The notes: a model not told the origin generated them from the letters alone. Positions 32,753-43,302 are shown, counted from the first letter of the stretch. The stretch is 64,000 nucleotides of DNA from an uncultured Verrucomicrobiae bacterium (GCA_963801815.1 CAWDGJ010000008.1:1-64000); one strand, 5' to 3'. Program-made: numbers and translations.

Positions 32753-33220
32753 GTGACCGCTGACGATAATCCCGGGGTTATTGCGTTTCCGCCCTTAATC
32801 TGGCTGATCGGCGCGGTCGCCAGCGCGCTTGTCCACTTCTTCGTCGTCCGCGGACCGATCATGAATTACAACGCATGTCTGGTTTGCGGTATCGTTCTCG
32901 TCATCCTCGCGCCCGCGCTCGCGATATCGGCGTTAATCATAATGAAAAGGGGCGGAACAAACGTGGACCCATACAAGCCGGCGCTGACAATCGTGCGCGG
33001 CGGACCGTTTCGGTTCACTCGAAACCCAATGTATCTCGCGCTCTGTTTGCTTCAGCTCGCGCTCGGATTTTTTCTAAACGACTGGATCACGCTGCTGTTT
33101 GTCGTTCCTCTCGCTTTGATCCTTCATTACGGCGTTGTGCTCCGAGAAGAGAAATATCTCACGGCAAAGTTTGGCGAACCGTACCTGCTGTTGATACGCG
33201 AAGTGCGCCGGTGGATCTGA
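32753..33220 (+). CDS. Isoprenylcysteine carboxylmethyltransferase-family membrane protein
   Basis: GPFRFTRNPMY, REEKYL...FGEPY. Confidence 0.85.
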   Translation: MTADDNPGVIAFPPLIWLIGAVASALVHFFVVRGPIMNYNACLVCGIVLVILAPALAISALIIMKRGGTNVDPYKPALTIVRGGPFRFTRNPMYLALCLLQLALGFFLNDWITLLFVVPLALILHYGVVLREEKYLTAKFGEPYLLLIREVRRWI

Positions 33221-33244
33221 AGGAAGAAGTGACCAGTGACGAGT

Positions 33245-34414
33245 TTATCTCCGTGGAGCCATGCGATGGCGAAGTTGTAAGAACGGACGCTCAACTGTGA
33301 AAAACAAAACCGTTGCCGCGAGATAAACGCAGATCTCGACACCAATGAGAGCGGAGGCCGACGTAAGCGCGACGTTGTGACTCGTGCAGAACTCCCAGAC
33401 GAGGTGAATTACCAGTTTCTGAACCAGGTACGCGCTGTAGGCGATGCTGGCGATGAATGCCGCGCCCGGAATTTTGATGTGGCTTAGAAATGACCGTCGA
33501 CTGACCGCGCAAACGAGCAGCGCCGCGAACCCGAGAGCAAGAAGCGGAAACTGCCAGACCGCTGCGGCGATACTTAGGTAGTCACCTTCGCCAAGCCATA
33601 AGGCGTAAACAATCAGCGCAACCGCCGGCAACCACAGCCATACGGCGAAGTTCATCAGCCGGCTCCACCATTGCGGCCGAAACTTTTCGATCGCGGCCAA
33701 CGCGACGCCGAACACGAGCGGGTCGAGCCGGGTCCAAGTGGGGTAATAAATCCAAGTCTGGAAACCGCGGTAAGAAACTCCGACATCTTCGGCCGGATTT
33801 TCGTAAGCGAGAAATATTCGAAGCAGAAGACCGCCGACGAAAATCGAGCAGGGAACAATCACCGCTGCGCTCGGCCAGCGATTCACAAAGAGCAAAATAA
33901 ACGGAAGCGCGAGATAGAATTGATCTTCCACCGCAAGCGACCAGGCATGCGAGAACGCGGTGCCGCCATGAAGACCTATGTTCTGGACCGAGACTAAAAA
34001 TCTCCACCACGACGTCATCTCCGGGTATTCGCGCCAGGACGGCAGAAAAATGTAAATGGCGAGGATGACGAAATAGGCCGGCATGATCCGCAACCCCCGA
34101 CGCGCAAAGAAACGGCGAAGATTGATTTGCTGACCACGCGCGAGCGGCGCTAGCAATTGGCCACCGATCAAATAACCGCTCAGGACAAAGAAAAGGTCCA
34201 CCCCGATCCAGCCCCAGCGATGAACACGGCCCGGCACCGGAAAGCCCATAATGCCGGCGTGATAAATGACGACGACGATGATGGCGAGTGCGCGGAGAAG
34301 ATCGAGACCCGGCTGGCGTTCGCGATCTTGAAACCGAGGATCAATTCCTTCGGAAAGTGACAAGTGAGTCCGAGCCGGACTGGCGTTTGTGACCAGTGAC
34401 GAGTGTCGACCCAT
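33245..34414 (-). CDS. Acyltransferase family 3 (OafA-like)
   Basis: GLDLLRALA, GVDLFFVLSG, RRGLRIMP, WSLAVEDQFY, VERPF. Start uncertain: the first ~23 codons run through repeat DNA. Confidence 0.88.
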   Translation of the reverse strand: MGRHSSLVTNASPARTHLSLSEGIDPRFQDRERQPGLDLLRALAIIVVVIYHAGIMGFPVPGRVHRWGWIGVDLFFVLSGYLIGGQLLAPLARGQQINLRRFFARRGLRIMPAYFVILAIYIFLPSWREYPEMTSWWRFLVSVQNIGLHGGTAFSHAWSLAVEDQFYLALPFILLFVNRWPSAAVIVPCSIFVGGLLLRIFLAYENPAEDVGVSYRGFQTWIYYPTWTRLDPLVFGVALAAIEKFRPQWWSRLMNFAVWLWLPAVALIVYALWLGEGDYLSIAAAVWQFPLLALGFAALLVCAVSRRSFLSHIKIPGAAFIASIAYSAYLVQKLVIHLVWEFCTSHNVALTSASALIGVEICVYLAATVLFFTVERPFLQLRHRMAPRR

Positions 34415-34766
34415 TCAGATGTTCTTTAAGAAATGAGGAAGTAGAAATTACAAAAGAGGAACCTGTACAGACTGATTACGGGGCTGAGCAACGATAATCG
34501 ACGATCCATAAATCATAGTTCGTGAGCGACAGCGAAATCTTTCAGAAGAATTCACCGAACGGCCAGAGTGCCAGTCCGACTCGGGCTGCTTGAGGTCAAA
34601 CGCCGCTCTATACTCGCCACTTGTCACTTCTTCCGTATCTGTGGAATCCGCGTTATCCGCGCTGAGCTTGAAAATTTGGGACCCTCCGAAAATATGCGCA
34701 TCAAAAGAAGCCCATGAATAAGCAATTTTTGCAAAGGAACCCGCGCAACGTCTGCTTAGTTAGAAT

Positions 34767-34864
34767 CGCAAAAGCTCGAAAGCCACATAATCACATGCGA
34801 CAAGCTTAATATCACGTTTCGGTAGCTTTTGAACGGGGCCAGCGCCAGCTGGTCCCGCTTTTTT
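34767..34864 (+). ncRNA. Putative small structured RNA (copy 2 of the 21485 family) with intrinsic terminator
   Basis: CAAAAGCT-CGAAA pairs with TTTCG-GT-AGCTTTTG; terminator CGGGGCCAGC-GCCA-GCTGGTCCCG + T6; degenerate -24/-12 box at 34741-34756. Confidence 0.6.
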
Positions 34865-34869
34865 GTACT

Positions 34870-35925
34870 CTAGCCGCGGTATTTTTGGATGAGATGATCG
34901 ATATAGGCGCTGTAGGCCTCGGCCAGGGACGCAGACTCAACGAACAGAATGTTTTCGGCGTTGAATTCGGCGCTGCGGGAAAAGTTATAGGACCCGGTGA
35001 TGACGGTGTCGTCGATCACCAGAACTTTGTTGTGCATGAAATCGTGAACGCTGGTCGGCGTATAAGGCGTGGAATTCTTTCCGACCAAGTTCGCGCGGAT
35101 AACGATTTCGTGGAGCGCGGGAATCTTCCACCGATTCGACGGCACCTCCTGCCATTGTTTGTAAACGTCTTCCATCTGCGTGCGATCGTAGATTCCGTCG
35201 ACTTTAACGTCTTGCCGCTGCAACAGATTGATCAACTCGGAGATGAGGGTGCCGGAATTGATCAACAAGCTGCAAATCCGAACGCGTCGTTTGGCCGCTC
35301 GAACGCGACTCGCGATCTCGGAATCGATGGCCAACCCGCATCCCGGCGAAAACATGACGCGGGCTTCGGCCGATTGACTGGAAAAAGCGAGCGACACCGG
35401 CACAGTCTGGATCTCGCCTGTGTTATCGAAGTTTTCTTTTTCCCAGATTTGTTCGAAATCCTGCGCATAGTAATTGGCCAACAGCGCGGAATCGATCTCG
35501 ACGACGTTGTTTTCCATCAGGGTAAAAGCGTCATCGGTCAGGTTGGTCGACCCGGTCCAGACGGATTGGGCATCGCGGACGATGAATTTGCTGTGCATCA
35601 GTTTCATGCCGGCAATTCGTCGCCAGGGATAGCCTAACGACTGGATAAATGCTCCAGTGCCCGCCGGCGCGGGATCCTGACCCGCAGCGACATTTGGCTG
35701 GAGCGGTTTGTCGCCGTCGTAGCAAAAGCGAATTCGCACACCCGCCGCGGCACGCTCGCTCAAAGCCGCGCAGAGCGCAGTTTTTAGCGGAGCACTGAAG
35801 CGCATGTCGTAAACCGCGAAATCGAGAGTGCGGCCGGCACCGCGGATGAAATCCGTTAGGCGCTCCATCACCGAATCACTGGATTGTTCGCCTTGAGCGA
35901 GAAAAAAGACGGAAAGCGTGTCCAA
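34870..35925 (-). CDS. Phospholipase D superfamily protein (two HKD motifs)
   Basis: HSKFIVRD...GSTN and HNKVLVIDD...GSYN; probable TTG start at 35925. Confidence 0.88.
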   Translation of the reverse strand: MDTLSVFFLAQGEQSSDSVMERLTDFIRGAGRTLDFAVYDMRFSAPLKTALCAALSERAAAGVRIRFCYDGDKPLQPNVAAGQDPAPAGTGAFIQSLGYPWRRIAGMKLMHSKFIVRDAQSVWTGSTNLTDDAFTLMENNVVEIDSALLANYYAQDFEQIWEKENFDNTGEIQTVPVSLAFSSQSAEARVMFSPGCGLAIDSEIASRVRAAKRRVRICSLLINSGTLISELINLLQRQDVKVDGIYDRTQMEDVYKQWQEVPSNRWKIPALHEIVIRANLVGKNSTPYTPTSVHDFMHNKVLVIDDTVITGSYNFSRSAEFNAENILFVESASLAEAYSAYIDHLIQKYRG

Positions 35926-35974
35926 GAAAGTGACAAGTGACCCGTGACGAGTGACAAGTGCAAGCAACAAAACT

Positions 35975-36691
35975 ATGCGTGCAACGAAATTTGAGTTCGA
36001 ACATCGGTTCTGGATCATCATGGCGATTTATCTCGCCGGATTCGCGCTAACAGGAACCGATCACACCTCGTTTGTTGTCTGGCTCCGGCATTGGATCGCG
36101 CCCTCCGTCGCCCGCGGCAGCGCCGAAGCCGAGATGTTTGCGCGAATTATGATCACGACCGGCGCGCTGTTGGTATTTCTCACCGCGGCGATCCGAACCT
36201 GGGGCGCAGCTTATCTGCGGACGGATGTTGTCCACGATACTGCGCAACACTCGGAAGCACTGGTGGCGGACGGTCCGTTTCGTTATGTCCGCAATCCACT
36301 TTACTTTGCCAATCTGCCGATGGCAGCCGGAATCGGCGTCCTGGCAAGTCGCGCCGGCTTTATCTTCCTCGTTCTCGCGAACTGGATCTTTGTCTATCGC
36401 CTGATCTTTCGCGAAGAGGAAGCATTGCGTAAAACTCAGGGCGAGCCTTACCTCGCTTATTGCCGGTCGGTCCCGCGATTCTGGCCGTCACTGAAGCCAA
36501 AGGTTCCATCCGGAAATCTTGAGCCGCAATGGCGCCAGGCGTTCGCGGGCGAAACTTTCGTCTGGTTGTTCGGTGTCGCTGAAATGGCAATCGCGATCAC
36601 GCTCAGGCCCGAGATAGGATACATCCTCTTTGGCCTCGGATTCGTCGCCCACTTCATCATCAGTCGCGGAATTCAGAAAAGAAAATCGTAG
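35975..36691 (+). CDS. Isoprenylcysteine carboxylmethyltransferase/PEMT-family membrane protein
   Basis: GPFRYVRNPLY, REEEAL...YCRSVPRF. Confidence 0.82.
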   Translation: MRATKFEFEHRFWIIMAIYLAGFALTGTDHTSFVVWLRHWIAPSVARGSAEAEMFARIMITTGALLVFLTAAIRTWGAAYLRTDVVHDTAQHSEALVADGPFRYVRNPLYFANLPMAAGIGVLASRAGFIFLVLANWIFVYRLIFREEEALRKTQGEPYLAYCRSVPRFWPSLKPKVPSGNLEPQWRQAFAGETFVWLFGVAEMAIAITLRPEIGYILFGLGFVAHFIISRGIQKRKS

Positions 36692-36742
36692 ATTAACAAA
36701 CCTACCTGCAACGGACGGTCGGAGAACCGCGACCATCGCAAA

Positions 36743-36774
36743 GCGACCGTGCGGTGAAAGGCCGCCACGGTCGC
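36743..36774. terminator. Hairpin between convergent genes
   Basis: GCGACCGTG...CACGGTCGC stem. Confidence 0.4.
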
Positions 36775-36792
36775 CTTATGCTTAATCAATAA

Positions 36793-39441
36793 TTAATACG
36801 GCGGAAGTTTCCCTTTCTTGCCCTTGCCTCCCCCAGAGGGCTGCGGCTGTTGATGGACCTGTTGCTGCGGTCTCTGGACCGTGCCGCCACCGCTCGGCGT
36901 TTGGACTGATCGCTGCTGCTTGTGGCCTGCACCGGAACTAACGCCAGCCGCACCTAAAGTTTGCGATTGCGTTTGTTGTTTATGCCGGCCTTTTCCGGCG
37001 CTCGAAGTGCCGGTCGCCGGAGCCGAGGTTGTGTATCCGAGTTGTTCGTGGGGAGTTCCCTTGTGATGACTTTTAGCACCAGCTTGATAGGCGCTGCCTT
37101 GCGCAACGCCACCGGTCTGCGCTCCACTTGTTAGGCTTTTTCCTTCCTTATGATGGCCTTTCCCACCGGTCGTTGCGCCCGTCTGCGCGCTAGCTCCAGC
37201 AAACTGATCCGCGCCCATTTGCGATTTTCCCTTATGTTTGCCGGTCGGCTGCAGAACCGCGCCAGTTTGCGCGCCGGCAGCGGTTGTTGATCCGGTAGTC
37301 GCACCAGTGCCGGCTGTTGCCGCTCCGGTCACGCCGGCCTGTTTACCCTTCTTGCCTGGGTGTTGGTTGAATCCGCTGGCAACGCCAGTTTGCGCCGCCC
37401 CAGTTCCGGTGCCCGCCGCTCCGAACTGACTTGGTCCGGTCTGTTTTCCTTTTTTACCCGGATGTTGATCGAATCCACCAGTCGCTCCGCTTTGCACTGT
37501 GCCAGTTGCAGCACTGGTCGCTCCGAACTGACTCGCTCCACCCTGTTTCCCTTTCTTGCCAGGATGTTGATCGAGTCCAGTTCCCGAAACGGCGCCTGCT
37601 TGCGTACCGGCAATCGATTGCGTCCCCGTGCCAGTGCCTTTTTTGCCGGGATGATGATCTCCACCGGTGACTTGTTGTGTTCCGAATCCAGTCGCACCAG
37701 TCTGCTCGCCGACATGATGTTTGCCTGTCTTTTGGGCAACGTCACTCGGCAACGTGGCTTTCGTGTTCATCGGCGACTTCCCGTTATTCTCCTGCGCGAT
37801 GTGACTTTTGATCTGATTTTGCTTGTCACCCTTCACGCCTTTCCAGCCGTGATCGACTTTGTTCGACGCGAGCGTAGCGTCACTCTTGGGAATGTGCTTC
37901 CCATCCCCTTTCACATTCGGTGAATGAATCGCGAGATGGTCGCCTTCGAGTTGCGAATTTTTGCCGCCTTTGATTTTTGCCGGATCGGCAAATCGATCGA
38001 CATTAACCTTTGAGAGTCCCTGGCCGCCTTTGTCTCGGATGTGCTTGTTCAGCGCGCCGAAATCAGGGCCGCCATTGTAAATATTAACATTATTGATGTT
38101 GGTGACGTTGCTGATGTTCGTCACATTGATGTTCGTAATGTTAACGGTGTTGTTGAAGGCGTTGATTGTCCGATTGAAATCGTAGATGACATTGGCGGCG
38201 AAGAATGAACTTACGCCGAAGTTAACGGCATCAACGAAGTTCCAGTAGTCCGGGCCAATATCATAGACTTCATCGACCCAGGTACTAACCCCGACACCGA
38301 CATCAACGTTTACTTCGGGCGGCAATGGCGCCCACGCGATGGTATCGGGGGCGGCATCGGTCCCTTCTCGCCACGATACCCAGCCGCCCGACCATGCAGT
38401 ACCGGGCACCCAGGCCCAACCGGATCCAAATTCCACCTTGACCCAGCGGCCGTAATGGTAAACAGCCCATGACCACGGTTCATCCGAGACGAACACCCAA
38501 CCATCGTCATCGCTGTAACGCCAGGAGCCGTTGGTGTAAGGACGCCATTTTTTTGCCACTTGGGTCGGCACCCAGCAGCGGCCATACTTCTCGATGTCGA
38601 TCCAGCGACCGTTACTATTCAGCGAATCATCGGTATAAAAATCATCGCTCTGCACTCCGACCTGATCCGCCTGTTGGGCGGTAACGAGACCGGTGCTGAC
38701 CGCTGGCGCTGGCGCGGGAGCTTGAGCAGTCGGCGCGGTGCCCGGCACGACTTGATTGGTTAGGGCATACAGAACGAAAGGAGCGCTGCCCGATGTCTGA
38801 GTAATCGTGATTCCCGGCGTGGTGTCCCCGTCCCACGTGAAACGATAATTAATATAGTAGACCTGATTCGAGTCGGTGAATCCGCCGGCCGAAGTGCGCG
38901 CATCATCCTCATTAAAGAATCCTGTCTCCACCGGAGCCTGCCCGTCTCCAACAAATGCGAGATTCACGAGCCGATTTTGTCCGGAAAAATTTCCGATATA
39001 AACACGCAGGTCATAAGTAACTCCGGCTTCGAGACTCTCCGGATCAAGGACGATTTCCTGTTGGGAACCGTCGCTGGCTCCGTTGTTAAACGTCATGTCA
39101 GAGAGAACCTCCTTGAAGGCGCCGTCTGCGCGAATGGTCCCGCTCATCCCGCCGGCGTTCGAAAGCGAACCAACGAGACCATTGACGGTGCAATTGTCGG
39201 CCGTACTGCTTTGTCCGGTCCCGGAAAGAGGATAAAGCGTAATCCCATTGATAACGCGATTGGAACCACCCTTATTTCCCCCATCGATCGCGGTTGTGTA
39301 CTGATTGTTGGTGCTGATACCGGAGTTCCGATCACTCTGAACTGCGGAAATCCCTTGATAAAAAACCGTTCCCGCCATCAGGTCGGGCGCAACTAGCGCG
39401 AGAAGAGAAAGAACGAGAAGGACTGGAGTTGTCGTTTTCAT
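36793..39441 (-). CDS. Secreted DUF6600-like protein with low-complexity C-terminal repeats
   Basis: Signal peptide; WRPYTNGSW, WSWAVYHYGRW, WAWVPG, WAPLPP; G/T/A/Q-rich tail with HPGKKG repeats. Confidence 0.8.
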   Translation of the reverse strand: MKTTTPVLLVLSLLALVAPDLMAGTVFYQGISAVQSDRNSGISTNNQYTTAIDGGNKGGSNRVINGITLYPLSGTGQSSTADNCTVNGLVGSLSNAGGMSGTIRADGAFKEVLSDMTFNNGASDGSQQEIVLDPESLEAGVTYDLRVYIGNFSGQNRLVNLAFVGDGQAPVETGFFNEDDARTSAGGFTDSNQVYYINYRFTWDGDTTPGITITQTSGSAPFVLYALTNQVVPGTAPTAQAPAPAPAVSTGLVTAQQADQVGVQSDDFYTDDSLNSNGRWIDIEKYGRCWVPTQVAKKWRPYTNGSWRYSDDDGWVFVSDEPWSWAVYHYGRWVKVEFGSGWAWVPGTAWSGGWVSWREGTDAAPDTIAWAPLPPEVNVDVGVGVSTWVDEVYDIGPDYWNFVDAVNFGVSSFFAANVIYDFNRTINAFNNTVNITNINVTNISNVTNINNVNIYNGGPDFGALNKHIRDKGGQGLSKVNVDRFADPAKIKGGKNSQLEGDHLAIHSPNVKGDGKHIPKSDATLASNKVDHGWKGVKGDKQNQIKSHIAQENNGKSPMNTKATLPSDVAQKTGKHHVGEQTGATGFGTQQVTGGDHHPGKKGTGTGTQSIAGTQAGAVSGTGLDQHPGKKGKQGGASQFGATSAATGTVQSGATGGFDQHPGKKGKQTGPSQFGAAGTGTGAAQTGVASGFNQHPGKKGKQAGVTGAATAGTGATTGSTTAAGAQTGAVLQPTGKHKGKSQMGADQFAGASAQTGATTGGKGHHKEGKSLTSGAQTGGVAQGSAYQAGAKSHHKGTPHEQLGYTTSAPATGTSSAGKGRHKQQTQSQTLGAAGVSSGAGHKQQRSVQTPSGGGTVQRPQQQVHQQPQPSGGGKGKKGKLPPY

Positions 39442-39629
39442 GTTTTGAGTATGTCATGCGCCGCCGGACGCCACTGGGCGCAAATTGCGTTTCGCAACGC
39501 ACAAATTGTCTGAAACCGAAAAAGCGATTAGTGCAGCCGGAATACGCACAATAACTGCACAGCAAAACGCAACCGCGGTGCATCGCTCGCGCACGGCGGC
39601 AGCTACATTCACTGCGAAAGGCAGAGATC

Positions 39630-42600
39630 ATGAACATAGCAACGACCGAACCAGAGATCGGTTTGACCAACGGGCACCGCACCGGTTTCGATTTCAAACA
39701 CGAACAGCGACCGGTGCGCAGTCACATCGCCAAGACCGGTCTGAAAACATTGGACGCAAACGAAGCAGTCGCGCGGATCGCTTACGCGCTGAACGAAGTC
39801 ATCGCCATTTATCCGATCACGCCGGCGTCGCCGATGGGTGAATGGGCGGACGCGTGGTCGGCCAAAGGTGTGAAGAATTTGTGGGGCACCGTGCCGGCAG
39901 TGATCGAGATGCAAAGTGAAGGCGGAGCGGCGGGCGCGATCCACGGCGCGCTTCAAACCGGCGCACTCAGCACCACGTTCACTTGTTCGCAGGGACTTCT
40001 TTTGATGATCCCTAATATGTACAAAATCGCCGGCGAACTGACCCCGACGGTGTTTCACATCGCCGCGCGCGCCATCGCGGCACAAGCGTTGTCGATTTTC
40101 GGTGATCACAGCGACGTGATGGCGACGCGCGCAACCGGTTGGGCGATGCTTTGCTCGGCGTCGGTCCAGGAAGCTCAGGACCTGGCATTGATCGCGCACG
40201 CGGCCACCCTCGAATCGCGAATTCCGTTTATCCATTTCTTCGACGGCTTCCGCACGTCGCACGAAATTTCCAAGATCGATATCGTCCACAGCGATGTCTT
40301 GCGCGAGATGATTGATGAAGCGCGCGTTCTCGATCACCGTGCTCGCGCGTTGTCACCGGATCATCCGGTCATTCGCGGGACCGCACAAAATCCGGACGTC
40401 GCGTTTCAAGCGCGTGAAACGGTGAATCCATTTTACGCGGCGTGCCCGGGAATTGTGCAACGCGCGATGGACCGGTTCGGGGCGCTGACCGGGCGACGTT
40501 ACGGAATCTTTGAATACCACGGCGCGACTGACGCCGAGCGCGTCATCATACTAATGGGCTCCGGATGCGAAGCCGCGCACGAGACAGTCGATTTTTTGAA
40601 CGCGCTCGACGAGAAGGTCGGCGTGCTGAAGGTGCGGCTCTACCGGCCGTTCGACTCGAGCGCGTTCGTGAAGATGTTGCCGCTAACAACGCGCGCGCTG
40701 GCGGTGCTGGATCGCACGAAGGAGCCGGGCTGTGGCGGCGAACCGCTTTATCTCGATTGCGTGAACGCCCTTCACGAACACGGATGGTCCGATCTGCGCA
40801 TTATCGGCGGGCGCTACGGTTTGTCGTCGAAAGAATTTACGCCGGCGATGATCAAGGCCGCGTTCGACAACCTCGCCCAATCTTCCCCTAAGAACCATTT
40901 TACGGTCGGCATCGATGATGATCTCTGCCACACAAGTCTCGATGTCGATCGTAAGTTTTCGACGGAATCCGATGACGTAATCCGGGCCCAATTTTTCGGG
41001 CTCGGAGCCGACGGAACAGTGGGCGCAAACAAAGAATCGATCAAAATCATCGGCGAAGGCACCGATTACTTCGCGCAAGGTTATTTTGTTTACGATTCGA
41101 AGAAATCCGGCGCAATGACGATTTCGCATCTGCGATTCGGACCACGCCCGATCCGTTCGACCTATCTGGTCACGAAAGCGAACTTCGTCGGTTGTCATCA
41201 GCCGTTTCTGCTCGAGAGCCAGGATGTGCTCAAAGACCTGGTGCCGGGCGGAACGTTTCTACTGAACTCGCCATTCGGTCCGGACAAAATCTGGCAACAT
41301 CTGCCAGAAAAAGTGCAGCGAAGAATTATTGCGCGCCGTCCGCGATTTTTTGTGATCGATGCAAACAAGGTTGCGCACGACGCCGGGCTTGGCCGGCGGA
41401 TCAACACAATCATGCAAACCTGTTTCTTTGCGCTATCCGATGTGCTGCCACCCGAACGGGCGATCACGGCGATCAAAGATTCGATCGAAAGGACTTACGC
41501 CAAGAAAGGCGCCGACGTAGTCGAGAAGAACATCCGCGCGGTCGATCAGGCGCTCGCGCATTTGTATGAAGTCGAAGTGCCGGAGCATTTCAACGGCAAC
41601 CCGATCAAACGAAACGGCCAATGTTCCGATGAGCCGCCGTTTGTGCATGACGTGCTGGAAAAAATCATGACCGGGCGCGGCGATCGGCTTCCAGTGAGCG
41701 CACTTCCGAACGACGGCACATATCCAACCGGCACGACACGCTTCGAGAAACGCAATCTCGCCAGCGACGTTCCGGTTTGGGACCCCGAAATCTGCATCCA
41801 ATGCGGCAAATGCGTGCTGGTCTGTCCGCACTCAGTGATTCGAAGCAAAGTTTACCAGTCGCCGGTGCTCGAAAAAGCGCCGGCCACGTTCAAATCACGT
41901 GAAACGCGACTGCCGGAATGGAAAGGTTTGAATTACACGCTGCAAGTGGCGGTGGAAGATTGCACCGGTTGCGGCATTTGTGTGGACGTTTGCCCCGCCC
42001 GAAACAAAACCGACGCAAAATCCAAGGCTATTAACATGCGGCCACAGCTTCCCTTACGGGAAAGCGAACGCGCGAATTGGAATTTCTTTCTCTCGATCCC
42101 GGACATGGACCGTCGCGAGATACGCGTCGGCAGTGTTCGCCAAATGCAGGTCCAGCAGCCGCTCTTCGAATTTTCGGGAGCGTGCGCGGGTTGCGGCGAG
42201 ACGCCTTACATTAAATTGCTGACCCAACTTTTCGGCGATCGTTTGCTCATCGCCAACGCAACCGGTTGCTCGTCGATTTTCGGCGGCAATCTGCCCACGA
42301 CGCCGTACGCGAAAGATCTGTTCGGCCGCGGGCCGGCCTGGGCGAATTCGCTGTTTGAAGACAACGCGGAGTTCGGGCTCGGGTTCCGGGTTTCGATCGA
42401 CAAACAACAAGAGTTCGCCGGTGAGCTGCTTCATCAACTTAGTCCGCAAGTTGGTCAGGAACTAACGACTGAAATTCTCAATGCACGCCAACGCGACGAG
42501 GCCGACATCTTCGATCAACGCGAGCGTGTGACAGAACTGAAACGGAGACTGCAACGATTGGAAGGCCCGCAAGCGGAACGCCTGCGATCACTAGCCGACA

Positions 42601-43286
42601 TGTTTGTGCGCAAAAGCGTTTGGATTGTCGGCGGCGACGGCTGGGGTTACGACATCGGTTACGGCGGGCTTGATCACGTGCTGGCAAGTGGCCGCAATGT
42701 AAAAGTGCTTCTGCTCGATACTGAAGTTTACTCTAATACCGGTGGCCAGTGTTCCAAAGCAACCCCGCGTGCGGCGGTAGCAAAGTTCGCTTCGAGCGGA
42801 AAACGCGCACCGAAAAAGGATCTCGGCTTAATGGCGATGAGTTACGGAACGATTTACGTCGCATCCGTGGCGATGGGTGCCAGGGACGAGCACACGTTGA
42901 AAGCGTTCCTCGAAGCCGAGGCCTATGACGGTCCGGCGTTGATCATTGCCTACAGCCATTGCATTGCCCATGGCATCAACATGGCAACGGCGATGCAGGA
43001 CCAGAAAGCGGCGGTGAACTCGGGGCAATGGATGCTGTATCGCTTCAATCCCGACCGTTCCGCCCGTGGCGAAAATCCGCTTCAGCTCGATTCGGCGCCG
43101 CCGAAAATCGACATCTGCGAGTATTTCAAACTCGAAAACCGGTTCAAGATGTTGAGCGATCCTAAAGCGGCGAAACAACTGGGAGAGCGTGCCCAAAAAG
43201 ATGCAACCGCTCGCCGCGCCATGTACGAATACCTCGCCGCGAGAAAATTTGACACCGGCAAACAAGTCGCCCGCGATTTAGGATGA
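39630..43286 (+). CDS. nifJ: Pyruvate:ferredoxin/flavodoxin oxidoreductase (single-chain)
   Basis: YPITP, MQSEGGAAG, GRYGLSSKEF, two CxxCxxCxxxCP, CAGCGE, GGDGW, YSNTGGQ. Confidence 0.95.
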   Translation: MNIATTEPEIGLTNGHRTGFDFKHEQRPVRSHIAKTGLKTLDANEAVARIAYALNEVIAIYPITPASPMGEWADAWSAKGVKNLWGTVPAVIEMQSEGGAAGAIHGALQTGALSTTFTCSQGLLLMIPNMYKIAGELTPTVFHIAARAIAAQALSIFGDHSDVMATRATGWAMLCSASVQEAQDLALIAHAATLESRIPFIHFFDGFRTSHEISKIDIVHSDVLREMIDEARVLDHRARALSPDHPVIRGTAQNPDVAFQARETVNPFYAACPGIVQRAMDRFGALTGRRYGIFEYHGATDAERVIILMGSGCEAAHETVDFLNALDEKVGVLKVRLYRPFDSSAFVKMLPLTTRALAVLDRTKEPGCGGEPLYLDCVNALHEHGWSDLRIIGGRYGLSSKEFTPAMIKAAFDNLAQSSPKNHFTVGIDDDLCHTSLDVDRKFSTESDDVIRAQFFGLGADGTVGANKESIKIIGEGTDYFAQGYFVYDSKKSGAMTISHLRFGPRPIRSTYLVTKANFVGCHQPFLLESQDVLKDLVPGGTFLLNSPFGPDKIWQHLPEKVQRRIIARRPRFFVIDANKVAHDAGLGRRINTIMQTCFFALSDVLPPERAITAIKDSIERTYAKKGADVVEKNIRAVDQALAHLYEVEVPEHFNGNPIKRNGQCSDEPPFVHDVLEKIMTGRGDRLPVSALPNDGTYPTGTTRFEKRNLASDVPVWDPEICIQCGKCVLVCPHSVIRSKVYQSPVLEKAPATFKSRETRLPEWKGLNYTLQVAVEDCTGCGICVDVCPARNKTDAKSKAINMRPQLPLRESERANWNFFLSIPDMDRREIRVGSVRQMQVQQPLFEFSGACAGCGETPYIKLLTQLFGDRLLIANATGCSSIFGGNLPTTPYAKDLFGRGPAWANSLFEDNAEFGLGFRVSIDKQQEFAGELLHQLSPQVGQELTTEILNARQRDEADIFDQRERVTELKRRLQRLEGPQAERLRSLADMFVRKSVWIVGGDGWGYDIGYGGLDHVLASGRNVKVLLLDTEVYSNTGGQCSKATPRAAVAKFASSGKRAPKKDLGLMAMSYGTIYVASVAMGARDEHTLKAFLEAEAYDGPALIIAYSHCIAHGINMATAMQDQKAAVNSGQWMLYRFNPDRSARGENPLQLDSAPPKIDICEYFKLENRFKMLSDPKAAKQLGERAQKDATARRAMYEYLAARKFDTGKQVARDLG

Positions 43287-43302
43287 GATTGAGAAGAAGA
43301 GT

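Noticed and set aside
29242..35925. Cyclase plus PLD as a CBASS/Pycsar-like defence system
   Set aside because: The genes are separated by unrelated ones; the cyclase has a TM-TolB-TPR signalling layout and no adjacent effector.
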